Shown piece by piece: positions 13,064-26,000 of a stretch of DNA of 64,000 nucleotides. Below the pieces are notes generated by a model. That model worked only from the letters and a program-made list of their open reading frames with translations, made no database searches and was not told where the DNA came from. The first letter of the stretch is position 1, and every line of letters begins with the position of its first letter. The translations under genes and the position numbers were made by a program. The DNA is from Takakia lepidozioides. Taxonomy: Eukaryota > Plantae > Bryophyta. The stretch lies in contig CM060734.1 of the NCBI GenBank assembly GCA_030704615.1, positions 48,484,001-48,548,000 of the forward strand. Reading direction: 5' to 3'.

Positions 13064-13136
13064 CCTTTTGTTCCGCCCAAACTGGGCGCGGGGTCTATGG
13101 CCACAAGGCTACGGCAAACAACGTCTTATGAGTACA
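13064..13136 (+). mobile_element. Extreme 5'-truncated copy (3' terminus) of the RTE-X-like LINE at 28825-32363
   Basis: CCTTTTGTTCCGCCCAAACTGGGCGCGGGGTCTATGGCCACAAGGCTACGGCAAACAACGTCTTATGAGTACA is almost identical to the reverse complement of 28826-28900. Confidence 0.85.
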
Positions 13137-15899
13137 TTCTCTAGATGATGCTGTCGGCGTCAATTATCTCACGACATCGAAGTGTCCTAATTGGATTCGG
13201 CTTCCTAATAAAAACACAACTAGCTACTCGCCCAAGCAAACTCTGCAAGGATTTTGTATTCTCTGCTCTCTACCTCTCGGCAACCTCTCTACCTCTCTAC
13301 CAGTAACTTGCCCTCTTTTTTTCCCTTGAAAGGAACAGCCATAACTCTGCAGCTGTGAGGGTAATGGTACATAGTCAAGGATCTCCTCACGCAAAGCATT
13401 TTGATTATTACTTTGACCTTTCGGCTCTGCCTTGTTTGAAAACTAGAGTTTTAGTACTCTAAAGTGGACCATGGAGCTACCTGTAGAGCTTGTATGTGAG
13501 ACTATGCACAAAGTATAAGCTTTCACATCAACTGTGGGGATCTTTCTTGCGGGGCATTTACTGAGCCAATGGCTTCTAGTGATGTGCAGAATGAGCAGTT
13601 GCTGTGCTCACTGCTAGGCTCCGGCTCGTTTTGTGAACAGGTATGCCCCCTTTGCTTGGCAACTTGACTTGGATGGAGTTGCAAAATTCCGGTTGTGGCT
13701 GGGCTATACCCACAATGTCCTTTTTATGGTTGGGGATTTGGGAGCAAAGGTTAGAAAGCAGCCAGAATAGCATTACTATAGCAATTTTTTTGCACTGTAT
13801 CATTCAAGCTCTTCGCTTTCGCATCATCACAGAGCCAGAACATGGACACCATGTTTCTATAGCCCCCAGTGGTACCACGAGCAAATAAGTCAGCCAAACA
13901 TGTGTTTCTGATGGTGAAGGGGTACAACACAGGTGGCGCGGGAATCAGGCTTGAATAGTGCTGAGTTTACAGACTTACTTTCCCAACCTGTACCCTGGAG
14001 TTTGAACACAACACACGGGAGGCCTCAGGTTTCAGCTCTTTGCTCTCACAAGTCTGGGAGACTGTTTGTGTTCGACTAGGCAGTTGCTGGGTCTCCCAAA
14101 AGTTTTAACAGAGGCATGACTGTGAGTCTTTGTCAAGATTGGGTGACTTTGATAGGGTTCAGCTTGTCTTGGATACGTCAATGAGGATGCAAGCATTTGC
14201 ATGGTGGTGTGTGACAGGAATTTGAGAAATACTTGGAGGACAAGGAGAACTATGTGATTATCAATGTCCCTCCAAATTTCATGTTCCAGGCCAAGGTATG
14301 ACTATGAAAGCTTTTATTACTTGCACAAGCTCTTGTTTATCCAGTGTGTCCAACTCTTGGAATGTAATGCCACAATGCTTATCCACCAACCGAAGTTAAG
14401 TTTTGAGATAGTAGTCTCGAACTAGAGCCAAAAGAACCTGTGGCCTTGCGAGCACCTATTCTTTTGCATAGCACTGCAGCATACGGAGTGCTGAAGTGGC
14501 CTTTACAACCCCAGTTTCAACCTGTAGAGTGGCTAGCTAAAGTGCCTGTTCACCTAACCAGATGTTCGACTTCACAGCATTCATGAAGTGATGTCATGCC
14601 CACGTTTGTGATTAAAATGGTAGGTGATGATGGAATCGTGCAGACAATTGCTACTAAATCAGCTGTCCTATTGTCTAGGTTGTACAGATATGATTTGCTT
14701 TCAGAGGTCAGAAATCATCAGTAAATTATCAGAAGATGAATCTAAATCTAATTGTGTGCCGACACTTCATCAATAAGGGATTGCAAGTCTCGCTAATATG
14801 AAACGTTCATCTCCAGAGTCCCCAGTGTAAGGATGTTTATTTTTCTTGCTTTTGCACAGATCTTTAAACCTTCGAGCTATGTGCTGTCTTCAAAAAGTCT
14901 GGAAGCAGTTGAGATGACGTTGGAGCGCCTTTGGAGTAGAATGCAGAAAGTTCAGTGTTTCCAACGTTGACCACTGAACTTTACTGCCATGAGTCTTGGC
15001 GCCAGTGGAAAAGATGATAACAGATACTTGGAAGTCTACTCAGCAATGCAAGCTCATTGGTTATGGTTATGGTTATGGTTATGTACTTCCGAAGTGGGAG
15101 GTATTTGGTGTCAAAGTTGATGAATCTACTATGGTTTTTAACTGTTAAGCTGCTGTATGCAGCTTTTGTGCAGTAGATTTGTGTGGCACAAAAAAGATTC
15201 CTTGCAAGTTCCAAGTGCTTTCTGTCATGGGGGGACGGTTTGGTTAGGCACTTGTAGGCCACTACTTCTCCGTGGCAGATGACTAATGCAGGGTATTCTG
15301 GTTACTGATTCATATGTTTAAATAATTTGTCATTAAACATTTGTTTTTCTGCGGATTTTTGCTTTCTTTTGAGCAGGAAGAGTACCTTAGGAAGAGTAGT
15401 ACGTGTTGGCACATGACAATTCATGGAAAAACCAAAACCCCAAAAAAATTCACCCAAAAAATTTCAACCCAAAAAAATCTAATGGCGAACAAGCCTTGGT
15501 GGTAAGGCGGTGTGTGTGCAAGTGCTAGGGATTAAGGTGTTGTCAACGACATCTTAATTCCCAGTACATGTTTTGAAACGTTTATTTATAAAGCACGAGT
15601 TCACCTCTTTGCCTTCTTTAGATTTGGGTGTGAGCCTCTCCCTCAACCTTGGATACCTAGAAAAATGACAAGTAATCCCTCCTCAATCAACAAAGCAACG
15701 TGGATTCATTGTTGGCAATATACACTGCACTTTCACAATTGATTTGCAAGCAAGACTAGCATGGTTTAAAGGATTTCGGAGCTCGGGGGATTTCAGAGCT
15801 ACTACTACAAAACAACTTTGTATTATTGCATTTATTTCATTTATCCATGTCTCATTCATCATACAGACATTCATCCGCCATTCATCCGCCATTCATCCC

Positions 15900-16900
15900 A
15901 GCATCATCCATACCCCAGCTTGTAATACTGGCCACTCTGCTTAGTAATAGATCTTCTAAGTCGAGTAGGCGTCCGCGGTTATAGGGCAGATCCTGAGGTG
16001 TGAGCAGATTTATGCTCACAGAATTTTTTGCTCGCGGGATCTGCTGACTGAATAGCATCCCCCCTGAAAGAGTTGTGGACAATAAAGCGGCATGTAATTG
16101 GGATAGTACTACTGTATACAAGCTTGAAATCAAGGACGTCGAGACAATCCTTCAACCCTTAATATTACTGTTACCCTGAAAAGGTAAATGAGACAGCGCT
16201 GGTAGCAAATTACAATGTACAGTCAGGTATGCTTCCATGAGTACCCAGGTTCTCAGATGCAAATTTATGAGAGGATCATGCAGCCATGCATGAATGGAGT
16301 TCATGATGAAAAAGTGGCCTAAAATAATCGTGGACAGTATACATGACTATCACTGAAAAGACTACAATGAAACAACACATTCTGCAAAATGACAACACAC
16401 AAATGACTGTTTGTAGGAGAATCGCAGCTTGTCAGATGGAGGTTTCTGAAAGGGTCGTGCAGGCATCTATGGATGGACGAACGCATTGCATGAAGAAGGT
16501 GATAAGCATGATGGTACATGTATTTTTCTGCGTTCTGCTTAAACTCCTTCACCAAGGTCGTCAGTGTCACTGGAAACTATTTCAAGTAAAACCGTTACTT
16601 TAACTGTTTTCAATAACGTTGTACCTTGTAATACTGAGGGCGCTGTTGGTGCGTGGAGCTTAGAGGGATCCCTGTGCACAGCCTCTTTGCCGATGTTTGT
16701 GGAAAGTGCAAGGTCCATCAAGACAGGAAGACTCCCCAGCTATGAAATCATTCACACGCCCCCGTGGAATGTAGGCCACTTCAACATTGTCGCTTCCATC
16801 GAGGACTCCATGCCATTGGTGACGCCAATGTAACACTGTGTGATTGAAAGCACCAGCTGCCGGAGATTGCACCTGGCTTCAAAGCATGGAGATCAAATGG
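15900..16900 (-). pseudogene. Degenerate fragment related to plant SWIM zinc-finger / Mutator-like transposase family proteins (N-terminal part)
   Basis: VQSPAAGAFNHTVLHW...DNVEVAYIPRGRVNDFIAGES..DGPCTF resembles the N-terminal motif VQ.PP..EF...DL.W...ALIPF.RV.DFV.GES...CP..F of plant SWIM/MULE-related proteins. The downstream frame is broken. Confidence 0.5.
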
Positions 16901-17479
16901 GGCATAGCAGGAGGGAGAAACTCTTCAGTTCTCTCATTTGCAGACATGTCTCTTGGGAAGCAGGTCAAAGCACAGTGAGATAGTAAGAAGCACCGTGTTT
17001 CAAATTCGTCACACACTGATGATTACACAAGGGCAAGCGATGAAGAAGGAACGGAAGTTCGGAGACACAGAATGAGGGCCGAAGACAGTGGGGATAGATG
17101 GTCAATCAGCTGGATGAAAATATTCATCCGCTAAATGACGTCCATTCGTTTTGGAGGCACATTCAATGTTGTTTCAAAATTTCAAATTTGAATGTTCACG
17201 GACTCCAATATAGTGTGTCTGTAGGACTCGTTCAAGTTTCAAATATGTATGTTTGAGCAGTCATGTGAGTGTATGATCGCAAAGTCATCATGCGATGGCT
17301 GTATTTCCTGCATTCATGGGGCATGCATGAGGGTTGCGTGCAATACAGTAGTGACAGTGGTGAGAATGTATGACAGTGTTATGGCGAGGGATGGACCCGG
17401 CGCGGGGGTGGGGGGGGGGCGGTGACCGCGGGCCGCGGCGGCACCGCGAGGGGGTTGGGCCACGCAGGCAGGCCCACTG

Positions 17480-19032
17480 AGGGAGCATTAAACTCCCGGG
17501 CCTCTTTTATCACTTGCCTTCTGCTATTGTTGCTTGGAGGGGATACTTCTCAGAGCAGCCTTCCTTGCTGGTTTGGCAGTTCTGAAGGAAATGGATTCTT
17601 TGCTCTGCTGGCTATCATGCACTCAGATTTACACTGGCATGGATTAAGATTTGTTACAGATACTGAAGGGGCACTCTTGCACATCGGGCAAGGCCTGATG
17701 CACCAGGATTCCGCTTTTAGAATTAGAGTTTTTGAAACTCTATCAGGGATTCCAGATCCCAAGCCGCCCCCTGGGAGAGATTTCTGCTGGGCTGAACGCA
17801 TACCCTTAACCTAGTCCCTATGCTTCCCGCTTAACAGACTTCAATTCGACCCAGGGGAATGGACTTGGATGGACATCAAAAAAATTCCTCTTCTTGGGTA
17901 CACTGTGAAGACAGGATACAAACTGCTGTTGGGCAACACTAACTTCAGAGTAAAATGGAATAGAAAGTGGAACCTTGACTTGCAGATCTAGGGCTGGAAT
18001 GGAATATGGAAAGACATCTGGGCCAAGCATCGCTTTGCAAAAATCAGTGCATTTCTTTGGAAAAGAGCCAATAGAATTCTACCTATGGCCGTCAATTTCC
18101 ATGACCAGGATCGCTCCTGCTTGGCATGCAACTGTGGTGTGAGCGAAACCACAGAACATTGTCTGTTCATCTGCTACCTTCCTTCTAGAATTTGGCGTCT
18201 AGTGGCAGATTTCTATTCCAACTGGAAGCCTCTCCCTCCCCTGTCTGCTCCTCTTCTGCTGTTCAATTTACATAGGGGTTCCGCTTGGAATGGCTACCCG
18301 ATCTGGGCTAGCCAGGGCGCATGCTCTCTGGGCAATCTGGAAGGCTAGATGTAGTTTGATATATGAAGGGAAGCGCCCCGGTATCAGAGCGATGTTGTCA
18401 AGTGGTTCTCGGATATGATGACTGAGGGGTGTAAGGCTTGGGTGTCCTTACAAGCAGCTGTGAGCAGGTGCGGTGAAAATAAGAGCAGACAGTTTTTTTG
18501 CGGATTTCGACATCACCTGGGCCAAAGACGGCCTCCTCTGCTCCAGGATCTCTGACTCTCGAGTCCAATGGCATGAGCACCTCCCGGCACTTGGCAAGTC
18601 GCCAGCTGAGTTCGATGCTCCCGACAGCAACTGGAAGCACAACAAGATCCATAGTTCCAAATCCAAAGTGCATCTTGATTTTGGCTGACTCCTGCTTCGT
18701 TCTAAGGATGTGTTAAGTCCGTAGCTGAGTACCTCCTACTTCACCCCTTGTCTCTTCAGATAGGTAGCACGTTATGCTATCTTCTTCTTCGAACAATCAA
18801 TTCTTTTTGGCCTGCCTGGCCTCAGTTCTCCCCTGCTTAGCCTCTGTCTGGCTCATCCCGCTTTCCTTCTTTTTTTCTGTTAAGTGCTAGGTGTCCCCCA
18901 TATGACACGCTTTTACGGCCTTCTTGGAGGTTATTTTTTCCTCCCTCTGTCATGTTTTACCCTTCTTTAATAAAATTTTGCCAGGGCCTCTGTCCCCTGT
19001 TTGTAAAAAGAATAAAAGAATAAATAAATAAA
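17480..19032 (+). mobile_element. Degenerate L1-clade LINE 3' fragment (zf-RVT region, 3' UTR, A-rich tail)
   Basis: Translation gives WNGIWKDIWAKHRFAKISAFLWKRANRILP...SCLACNCGVSETTEHCLFIC..SRIW and LWAIWKARC, with frameshifts. The end has AATAAA (18969), a CAGGG..CCCTG hairpin and an A-rich tail. Confidence 0.8.
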
Positions 19033-19860
19033 TTCACTGTGTTTGTGTTAGACAGGTGGGCACAAAAGTACCATCATGCCTATCATTGTTAATGATTGGA
19101 AGGATAGTCTAAGGGATTATTTGGGTTAAATAACATGTATTGTGTATTGCAGCTACTTTCCAAACTAGTTGATTAAGTAAAGTGCGGCATGCATGGAATG
19201 TTGAGATGTAAGGGCATGGCTGGGAGCATAATGTGGAGTGGCTAAATTGGATGGGGGATATATCATCAAAGCTCTGGAGGAAAGTGCAGGAATCATGGTG
19301 AACTACATCTACAGGTATTATGCAGGTCAAACTCTCTATGGACTGTTCCAAGGGGAGATGTGTAGAATAAAAGAAAACCCTTGATGTCTAGAGTGATTCT
19401 GACCTCTTGGCAAGGACATCCCTTGTAGGATCCCAAGTCCTCAACATTGACACTCTAATGGCAACCATCAAATTGCTAGGGTAGGGAAGCTTGTGCTAGT
19501 GTCAGGCAGGCTGTTTGTTGCTAACCATTGAGGTTGGGTTGATGTGGCGCTTTCGTGAAGGTTGGAGAACATACAGCCAAACGATCAGGCATATCTCGAC
19601 AAAGGTAGAATTGCTGCTTGACCAGCTGTTGAACAGTATTTGCAGCCACTGGTTGACTCCACTTTGCAGCGCAAGGAAAATGCAAGCTGACATGTTTGTG
19701 CAGCCTTACAGCCATGTTCGACTGTTTTTTCACATGCGCAATGTGTGAAGGTCTCCAAATTTAGGCTTCCTGACACCAGCAGTAAGCTCACATGCGAGTT
19801 GTCTCTGAACAGAAAATTCTTTAGACAAGCATTTGTGTAGCTGCTGATAAGCTACTTGTA

Positions 19861-22800
19861 TCACCAGTAATCCCCACAAGAACATACCCCATCTTGGAAG
19901 TGGTGAAAGCGAGTGGCATCCCGCACAACAACTGCTCGCCCAACAATTTTTGAGATGAACTTTGTGGCTGTGTGGCAGTCACCACAAACCCGAAGGTTCT
20001 TGATGATGTGGATAGTTGTCCCAGGGGATGTGCTGATAAGCCCAAAAGCAATGGCAAGCTTTTCACTGTGGTAGCAAAGAGAAAATTCCTTTTGCTCCTT
20101 CTCCACATCACGCAATGCAAAACTCGTATCAGGCATATACCCAGCCTCCATCATGTGCAGAGATAACCTCTTCAGCTCAGCATGGATTTCCTCTATTTGT
20201 GGATGTGATTTGTCCTCTACAACGAATGTATACACACGGTTGTCTACCTCAATGCAGCTGTGCCCGGGCTCCTTTCTGACACCTCTGTCCTCCATCATTT
20301 GTCGCACCTTTGCTGCATCTTTCCACCTGCCAGCGGCAGCATAGATATTAGATAGCAAAACATAAGCTCCAGCCTCCTGTGGATTGCACTCGAGAAGGTG
20401 TTTTGCCGACCGTTCAGCTAGATCTACATTGCCATGAATTCTGCAGGCACCAAGCAAGGCCCCCCACACCGAAGCACCGGGTTCAGTTGGCATTTTGTTA
20501 ACAAAATCCTCTGCATCTTCCAATCGCCCTCCACGGCCAAGAAGGTCCACCATGCAGCTAAAATGCTCCACTGTAGGAGTCAAGCCATGATTGCGACTTA
20601 ATGACTCAAAGTAGTGACAGCCTTCATCCACCAGGCCCACATGGCTGCATGCAGAGAGAAGAGATGTAAAGGTGATGCTGTCTGGTTTCAGACCTTCCTG
20701 TTGCATTTGTTCAAATAGTTGGAGGGTTTCCTTGCCACACCCATGCTGAGCATATCCACTGATCATTGCATTCCATGAGACCACATTTCGTTCAGCCATA
20801 TTGTCAAACACTTGACGTGCATCCTTGACGCTCCCACATTTGGCATACATGTCAACAAGGGTATTCTCCAAATTCATGTATGACGCAATTCCGACTTCCA
20901 TGATGTCAGCGTGAACATCTTTGCCCTTTTCCAGGGCTGCAAGTATGGCACATGCATTGAGAACACCAATGAAGGTAACCTTGTCAGGTGTCACCCCTCT
21001 CCCTATCATTTGCTCATACACACTGAGAGCCTCCCTACCATACCCATGTTGAGTATATCCCGTGATCATTGCACTCCATGAGAATACACTTCGTTCAGCC
21101 ATGCTATCAAACACTTGATGTGCATCCGGTATGCTCCCACATTTGGCATACATGTCAACAAGGGTAGTCTCTAGAATGACATCTCGTGCAATCCCACTTT
21201 TTCTGATGTCAGCATGGACCCCTACACCCATTTCCAGGGCTGCCAGATTGGCACATGCATTGAGGACGCAAGTGAATGTAACCCCATCGGGAGTTACTCC
21301 TTTCTTTTGCATTTGTTTGTAGATTGCAAAAGCCTCCCAACCACAACCCTGCTGAGCATATCCTGCAATCATGGTGTTCCATGAGACCACATTTTGCTGA
21401 ACCATACTGTCAAACACTTGAAGAGCATCCTTCATGCTCCCGCATTTGGCATACATGTCAACAAGTGCATTCTCCAGAATGGTATCTGCCTCAATTCCAG
21501 CTTTGATGATATCAGCATGGACTTTGATGCCCTCTTCCAGTACTGCCAGGCTGGCACAGGCATTGAGCATGCAAACAAATGTGATTTTGTTGGGGATCAC
21601 CCCTTCACGTATCATTCGATCATAAATTTTGAAAGCCTCCCTACCATACCCAGGCCGAGCATATCCTGCAATCACCGCATTCCATGAGACCACGTTTCGT
21701 TCTGCCATATTGTCAAACACTTGACGTGCTTCCTTCATGCTCCCACATTTCGCATACATGTTGACAAGGGTATTCTCCAGATTTATAAATGACGCAATTC
21801 CAGCTTTCATGATGTCAGTATGAACCTCTTTGCCCTTTTCCAGGTCTGCCAGGCTGGCACATGCATTGAGAATACAAATGAATGTGACCTTGTCCTGTGT
21901 CACTCCATACTGTACCATCGTCTCATATATCTCAAACGCCTCCCTACAACTCCCATGTTCAGCATATCCTGCTATCATCGCATTCCAAGAGACCACATCT
22001 CTTTTCACCATACTGTCAAAAACTTGACGTGCATCCCTTATACTCCCACATCTGGCATACACACTCACAAGGGTATTCTCCAGAATGATCCCTGGTACTA
22101 TTCCAGCCTTGATTATGTCAGCATGGACTTTAATGGCCTTTTCCAGGCTGGCACACGCCTTCAGAATGCAGATGAAGGTAACTCTGTTGGGTGTCACCCC
22201 TTCCTCTATCATTTGCTCGTAGATCTTGAATGCCTCCCGACCATACCCATGCTGAGCATATCCTGTGATCATCGTGTTCCATGAGACCACATTTTGTTCA
22301 GGCATTTTATCGAACACTTGACGGGCATCCACTACACTCCCGCATTTGGCATACATGCTGACAAGGGTGTTATATAAGAAAATATTTGGCTTGAATCCAC
22401 TCTGAATAATGTGTGCGTGCACCTGCTTTCCCTCTGCAAGGCCTCTCATGTTGATGCACTCTTGTAAGACACATGCATAAGTGTCGAAGTCTACCTGTAT
22501 GCATCCATGCTTCAAAATGTGCAGTGCCTCTTTCGTGCGTCCTGCCTTACATAATGCCCTCACATCCTTACAAGTGCCAGCTGACTTCTTGTTGACTCCC
22601 TCTGCCTGTTCTTCAGGCCAGGGTGACTGTGGATGACATTCAAAATCGTCCCCAGCATGTGTCTGACCAGACTCGGTCCTCAGACCTGGACAATTAGCAG
22701 ATTGTGCTCGATGTTGTACCATGGCAGTTGTCTCTGCTTTCACCCAAGCTGAGCTCAGCGAACACTCAATGCACACCACCTCATTTGTGCAATTGTGTCT

Positions 22801-23019
22801 GAAGTCGGGTGATCTTGGACCTTTCCACCAGTAGGCAGCAGCCATAGGTTCAATGACAGCATCAACAGGGTGAGAGACATGGAATCCACATGTGCCACAT
22901 CTGTGGGGAATTGGCAGCTCGTATATCAGCGCTGCTGGAATTATCTGAGCGCATGGCCCTACAATCAGCAATTCCCCTGTACCCAGATTGTCGTTGGCTC
23001 TGCGCGAGCACCATGGCAT
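19861..23019 (-). CDS. PLS-class PPR protein with E1/E2 and DYW cytidine-deaminase domains (organellar C-to-U RNA-editing factor)
   Basis: Uninterrupted 1052-aa ORF with about 20 P/L/S motifs (VVSWN.MI.GYA.HG, T.L...YAKCGS..DA..VFD.M). It has an E domain (VWGALLGACRIHGN), a PG box (PGHSCIE), HSEKLA, NLRVCGDCH and a C-terminal DYW. The true start codon within the ~170-aa N-terminal extension is uncertain. Confidence 0.95.
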   Translation of the reverse strand: MPWCSRRANDNLGTGELLIVGPCAQIIPAALIYELPIPHRCGTCGFHVSHPVDAVIEPMAAAYWWKGPRSPDFRHNCTNEVVCIECSLSSAWVKAETTAMVQHRAQSANCPGLRTESGQTHAGDDFECHPQSPWPEEQAEGVNKKSAGTCKDVRALCKAGRTKEALHILKHGCIQVDFDTYACVLQECINMRGLAEGKQVHAHIIQSGFKPNIFLYNTLVSMYAKCGSVVDARQVFDKMPEQNVVSWNTMITGYAQHGYGREAFKIYEQMIEEGVTPNRVTFICILKACASLEKAIKVHADIIKAGIVPGIILENTLVSVYARCGSIRDARQVFDSMVKRDVVSWNAMIAGYAEHGSCREAFEIYETMVQYGVTQDKVTFICILNACASLADLEKGKEVHTDIMKAGIASFINLENTLVNMYAKCGSMKEARQVFDNMAERNVVSWNAVIAGYARPGYGREAFKIYDRMIREGVIPNKITFVCMLNACASLAVLEEGIKVHADIIKAGIEADTILENALVDMYAKCGSMKDALQVFDSMVQQNVVSWNTMIAGYAQQGCGWEAFAIYKQMQKKGVTPDGVTFTCVLNACANLAALEMGVGVHADIRKSGIARDVILETTLVDMYAKCGSIPDAHQVFDSMAERSVFSWSAMITGYTQHGYGREALSVYEQMIGRGVTPDKVTFIGVLNACAILAALEKGKDVHADIMEVGIASYMNLENTLVDMYAKCGSVKDARQVFDNMAERNVVSWNAMISGYAQHGCGKETLQLFEQMQQEGLKPDSITFTSLLSACSHVGLVDEGCHYFESLSRNHGLTPTVEHFSCMVDLLGRGGRLEDAEDFVNKMPTEPGASVWGALLGACRIHGNVDLAERSAKHLLECNPQEAGAYVLLSNIYAAAGRWKDAAKVRQMMEDRGVRKEPGHSCIEVDNRVYTFVVEDKSHPQIEEIHAELKRLSLHMMEAGYMPDTSFALRDVEKEQKEFSLCYHSEKLAIAFGLISTSPGTTIHIIKNLRVCGDCHTATKFISKIVGRAVVVRDATRFHHFQDGVCSCGDYW

Positions 23020-26000
23020 TGGTGACTACGATATACAGCTCCGGAGGTTTGATGTTGGGTGCGGACTATTTCGTCAACGGTATGTTATACCCACGTTCGC
23101 CCCGCAGCAGTCTTCGTCACTCAGGTGGCCAGTCTCCTAATTAAGATATGAGATCAAAATTCTTTCAGCTCTTGGGCTTCCGTGGGCTACTCATAACTGT
23201 CACACCTTGAGGAAAACTGTGGGGGGCCATTCCCTTTAAGAAAAAGAAAGCATCCCACAGGAGCAATGTTTCAAGCAAGCATCAAAATTAGTACCTCCCC
23301 AATCTTTCATGCGATGACTGGCAACAACATAAAAGCTATCCGATTTCATAGAGAACGAAAAGCGTGTCGATAATTTCTGCAAGCAAGATGGATGCAGTTT
23401 CTGCTGGGTTGGATCAAGGACACTATAGAGCCTGGGGCACTCCAGTCCAGAGACACAGAAAATCACGAAATATTGCGTGGCAATACCTTTCTTCGGTACC
23501 CCTGGGGCCTGAGATGTATCGTGAACATCACTCGTAACGATTTTGGGCACCGCCTTGCCAAGCTAGGTACCCATTTCAGCTCCACAGACTGGTCCGTAAG
23601 TTTTCTGTATGATGTCGAGCATCCCAGCCGTGGCCACGACATCGCCTTACGTATGGCGTCTCCCTCCACAGAACTCGGGAGAGCGGCCGTCCCTGCCCCT
23701 GTGAATGAGAGGGCAAAGACGTATCACATCGACAATCCTGGTTCTACATATGTACAGTATGAATCGGTTTAGGTCTGATTAATGTACGCTGTAGTTTGTT
23801 TGGATCACCAATGATTTGGTCGAAAAGATCAAGGATCTGCCAATCGATGCTTTTCAATCCTATTTGAAACTTAGCCGATTGTCGTTTGAGAGGAGGAGGA
23901 GAGCGGCTGAACGACCATGGGGCCTTGAAAGAAGCACCAGACGAAGAAAGGAAAGCAAGTTAGATCGTACTCTGGACTGCAAACATCACACCCCAAAACC
24001 CTAAACCCATACCCTTTGAATAATTTGCTGTCAAGATGCTTATCAGTCAAACTCAGAGATAATGTTCCCTAGACTAATTTGATCTTGGCCTCGATAAGGA
24101 GCTTATGCTCCCGTTCCATCCTTTTCCTTGGAAAGCTCCATATCCTAGATCCCTGTGGTGAGCAAGGAGTAGAAATCATCAACATCTGAGACAATTTCAG
24201 GGAGAAACCCACCTGAGCAATCACCCTTCTTTTATGAAAGGGAAGGGAAGGGAATGATCCATAGAAACGATCACCTGAGAAAGGACACAAGATAAGACAC
24301 AGCACAACCCATCGTCTCATCTCTCTAAGAAATTCCATACAAATCAACTGGAGTGGTAAGAGAGAAGAGCTTTGATAGATTGGAGGGTTCAATACATGTG
24401 CCAGGGAATGAAGGATGCACATGTCTAGAGAGGGAGGCCCTCTTGTCCCACAATCTGGCAGACAGAGAATGTCGATCAAACTAGAGTAAAGATCAAGACG
24501 AACTATGATAGCAATCCTAATAAGACTAGCAGCTTCTTGCTTTGGACAACCATGCAAATCCTTTCAGTGCTTCCAAGCAATCAATTTCCCTAAGACATTG
24601 CAATTAGGTATCCTTGAAACAATATCCTGAAAATCAAGTGTAGAGCCTGCAAACCATATTCAGAATCCAGGTCAGTTGAATTTTCAACCTCTGCAAGAAA
24701 GGTCACTGCAAGACTTCTAAAAATTGTACATGGAGACCTTGAATCCCCTTGATGAGGGGCATTTACAACAAGACTCAGACAAGAGGCACCCCTAACAGCA
24801 TTTAGCAATGGAGTAAATTATCGACCAGAAACTAGGCCTGTGTAGTCCAAAGACCAATGGACACTACCTTCCTAGATATTTCTGCTTTCTTCTTTCTATT
24901 TGGCCAACATTTGGCTTTCAGTGCTGAATCCCCTGAATGGAGGGGGGTTTTGAAAGAAGGGCTAGCCAACTTTTTGTTGCCCGCTAAATTGGTTTTCTCA
25001 AGAGTAGCTTATTCCAGAAAAGAGATTTTCCCCATGAGGCATGGACAGACACTGTGAATAACTTTATCAGTATCCCTATGTTACAACTCCTTTGATGTGC
25101 GGCATAGCTTTCTCATCTGGCCGCCTCGCCCCTGTGCACCAAATGAGCTACAAGTTCAGTTTTGCATATGTTGACGGATACCGTCGGGCCAGGAACTTCG
25201 CAACAGGGCCGTCTACCACCACCTGGAAACATGCCAGCTTTCTTATAAGGTGATGTAACCTTCTATGGGCTCCATCTATCTGGCCAATGATACCATTATA
25301 CTTTTCCAATTTGTTGAGAAAGGAATTAGACATGTAATTCAGAAGCCGTAATGAAGCAACCATATCAGGATGGACAAATCTGGGATGAGCAGATTAGGTT
25401 CATATTTTTGGATATTCAACTTGACTGCCTAGACATTCTGTGAGACCTGATCTGTTGTGAGTTTACTACAGCCTGTGCCAAGCCCCAAGGAAATCCCTTA
25501 GTGGGTCACGAATTGTTCCACAGTTGCAATTTAACGAGCAAGCACATCCATAAACATAGTGACAAAACATCAGACTGACGAAAGCGATCCAGTCTACTAG
25601 ACACAAACCATGTGAGTGTGAAGAAAGAGGAGGTACACACTGACCTTTTGCCACAAAGCAATGGCAGCTAGATTAGCAAGAATGAGAATCCAAAGATGCA
25701 ACCGGAAGCTAAATGGCATCCCTGGGCTTGGTGCCCCTCCTTGAGCCTAGTGATCAAAACGAGGGACATCAGTTAGGTGATGCCAGAATTACACACCACT
25801 CAGACCACCACTGGAGAGAAGAAATGGAGAGAAGAATCAAAGAGTATTACCTCCAGTGGAATGATGAGGTTTATGAGAGATCCCAAATTGGTGGTGGATT
25901 TTTCCGGTTTCCATGTGTGCAGGGTGCTGCTACAGGACAAGCCTGTTAAGCTCTTATCCATCCACACAAGCATTTTCTTGATTATGCATGCGGTTCACAA

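Larger units (their letters stand above)
12394..14970 (+). pseudogene. Multi-exon gene for an uncharacterised, probably plastid-targeted protein, with at least one apparent frameshift
   Basis: A transit-peptide-like first exon (MATLHCLSVPSSPAAL...) is followed by splice-bounded exons 13353-13491, 13933-14028 (VARESGLNSAEFTDLLSQPVPWSLNTTHGRPQ), 14218-14295 (EFEKYLEDKENYVIINVPPNFMFQAK) and 14860 onward (IFKPS). Exon 2 changes frame near 13445 (DYYFDLSALPCL to FSTLKWTMELPVEL). The lesion could be an assembly indel. Confidence 0.55.

Noticed and set aside
19861-20300. U-to-C (DYW:KP-type) editing enzyme
   Set aside because: The domain has a PG box, HSEK and a DYW terminus, typical of C-to-U factors.
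23392-23772. 126-aa plus-strand ORF upstream of the DYW gene
   Set aside because: It has no recognisable motif and lies antisense within the likely 5' region of the PPR gene.
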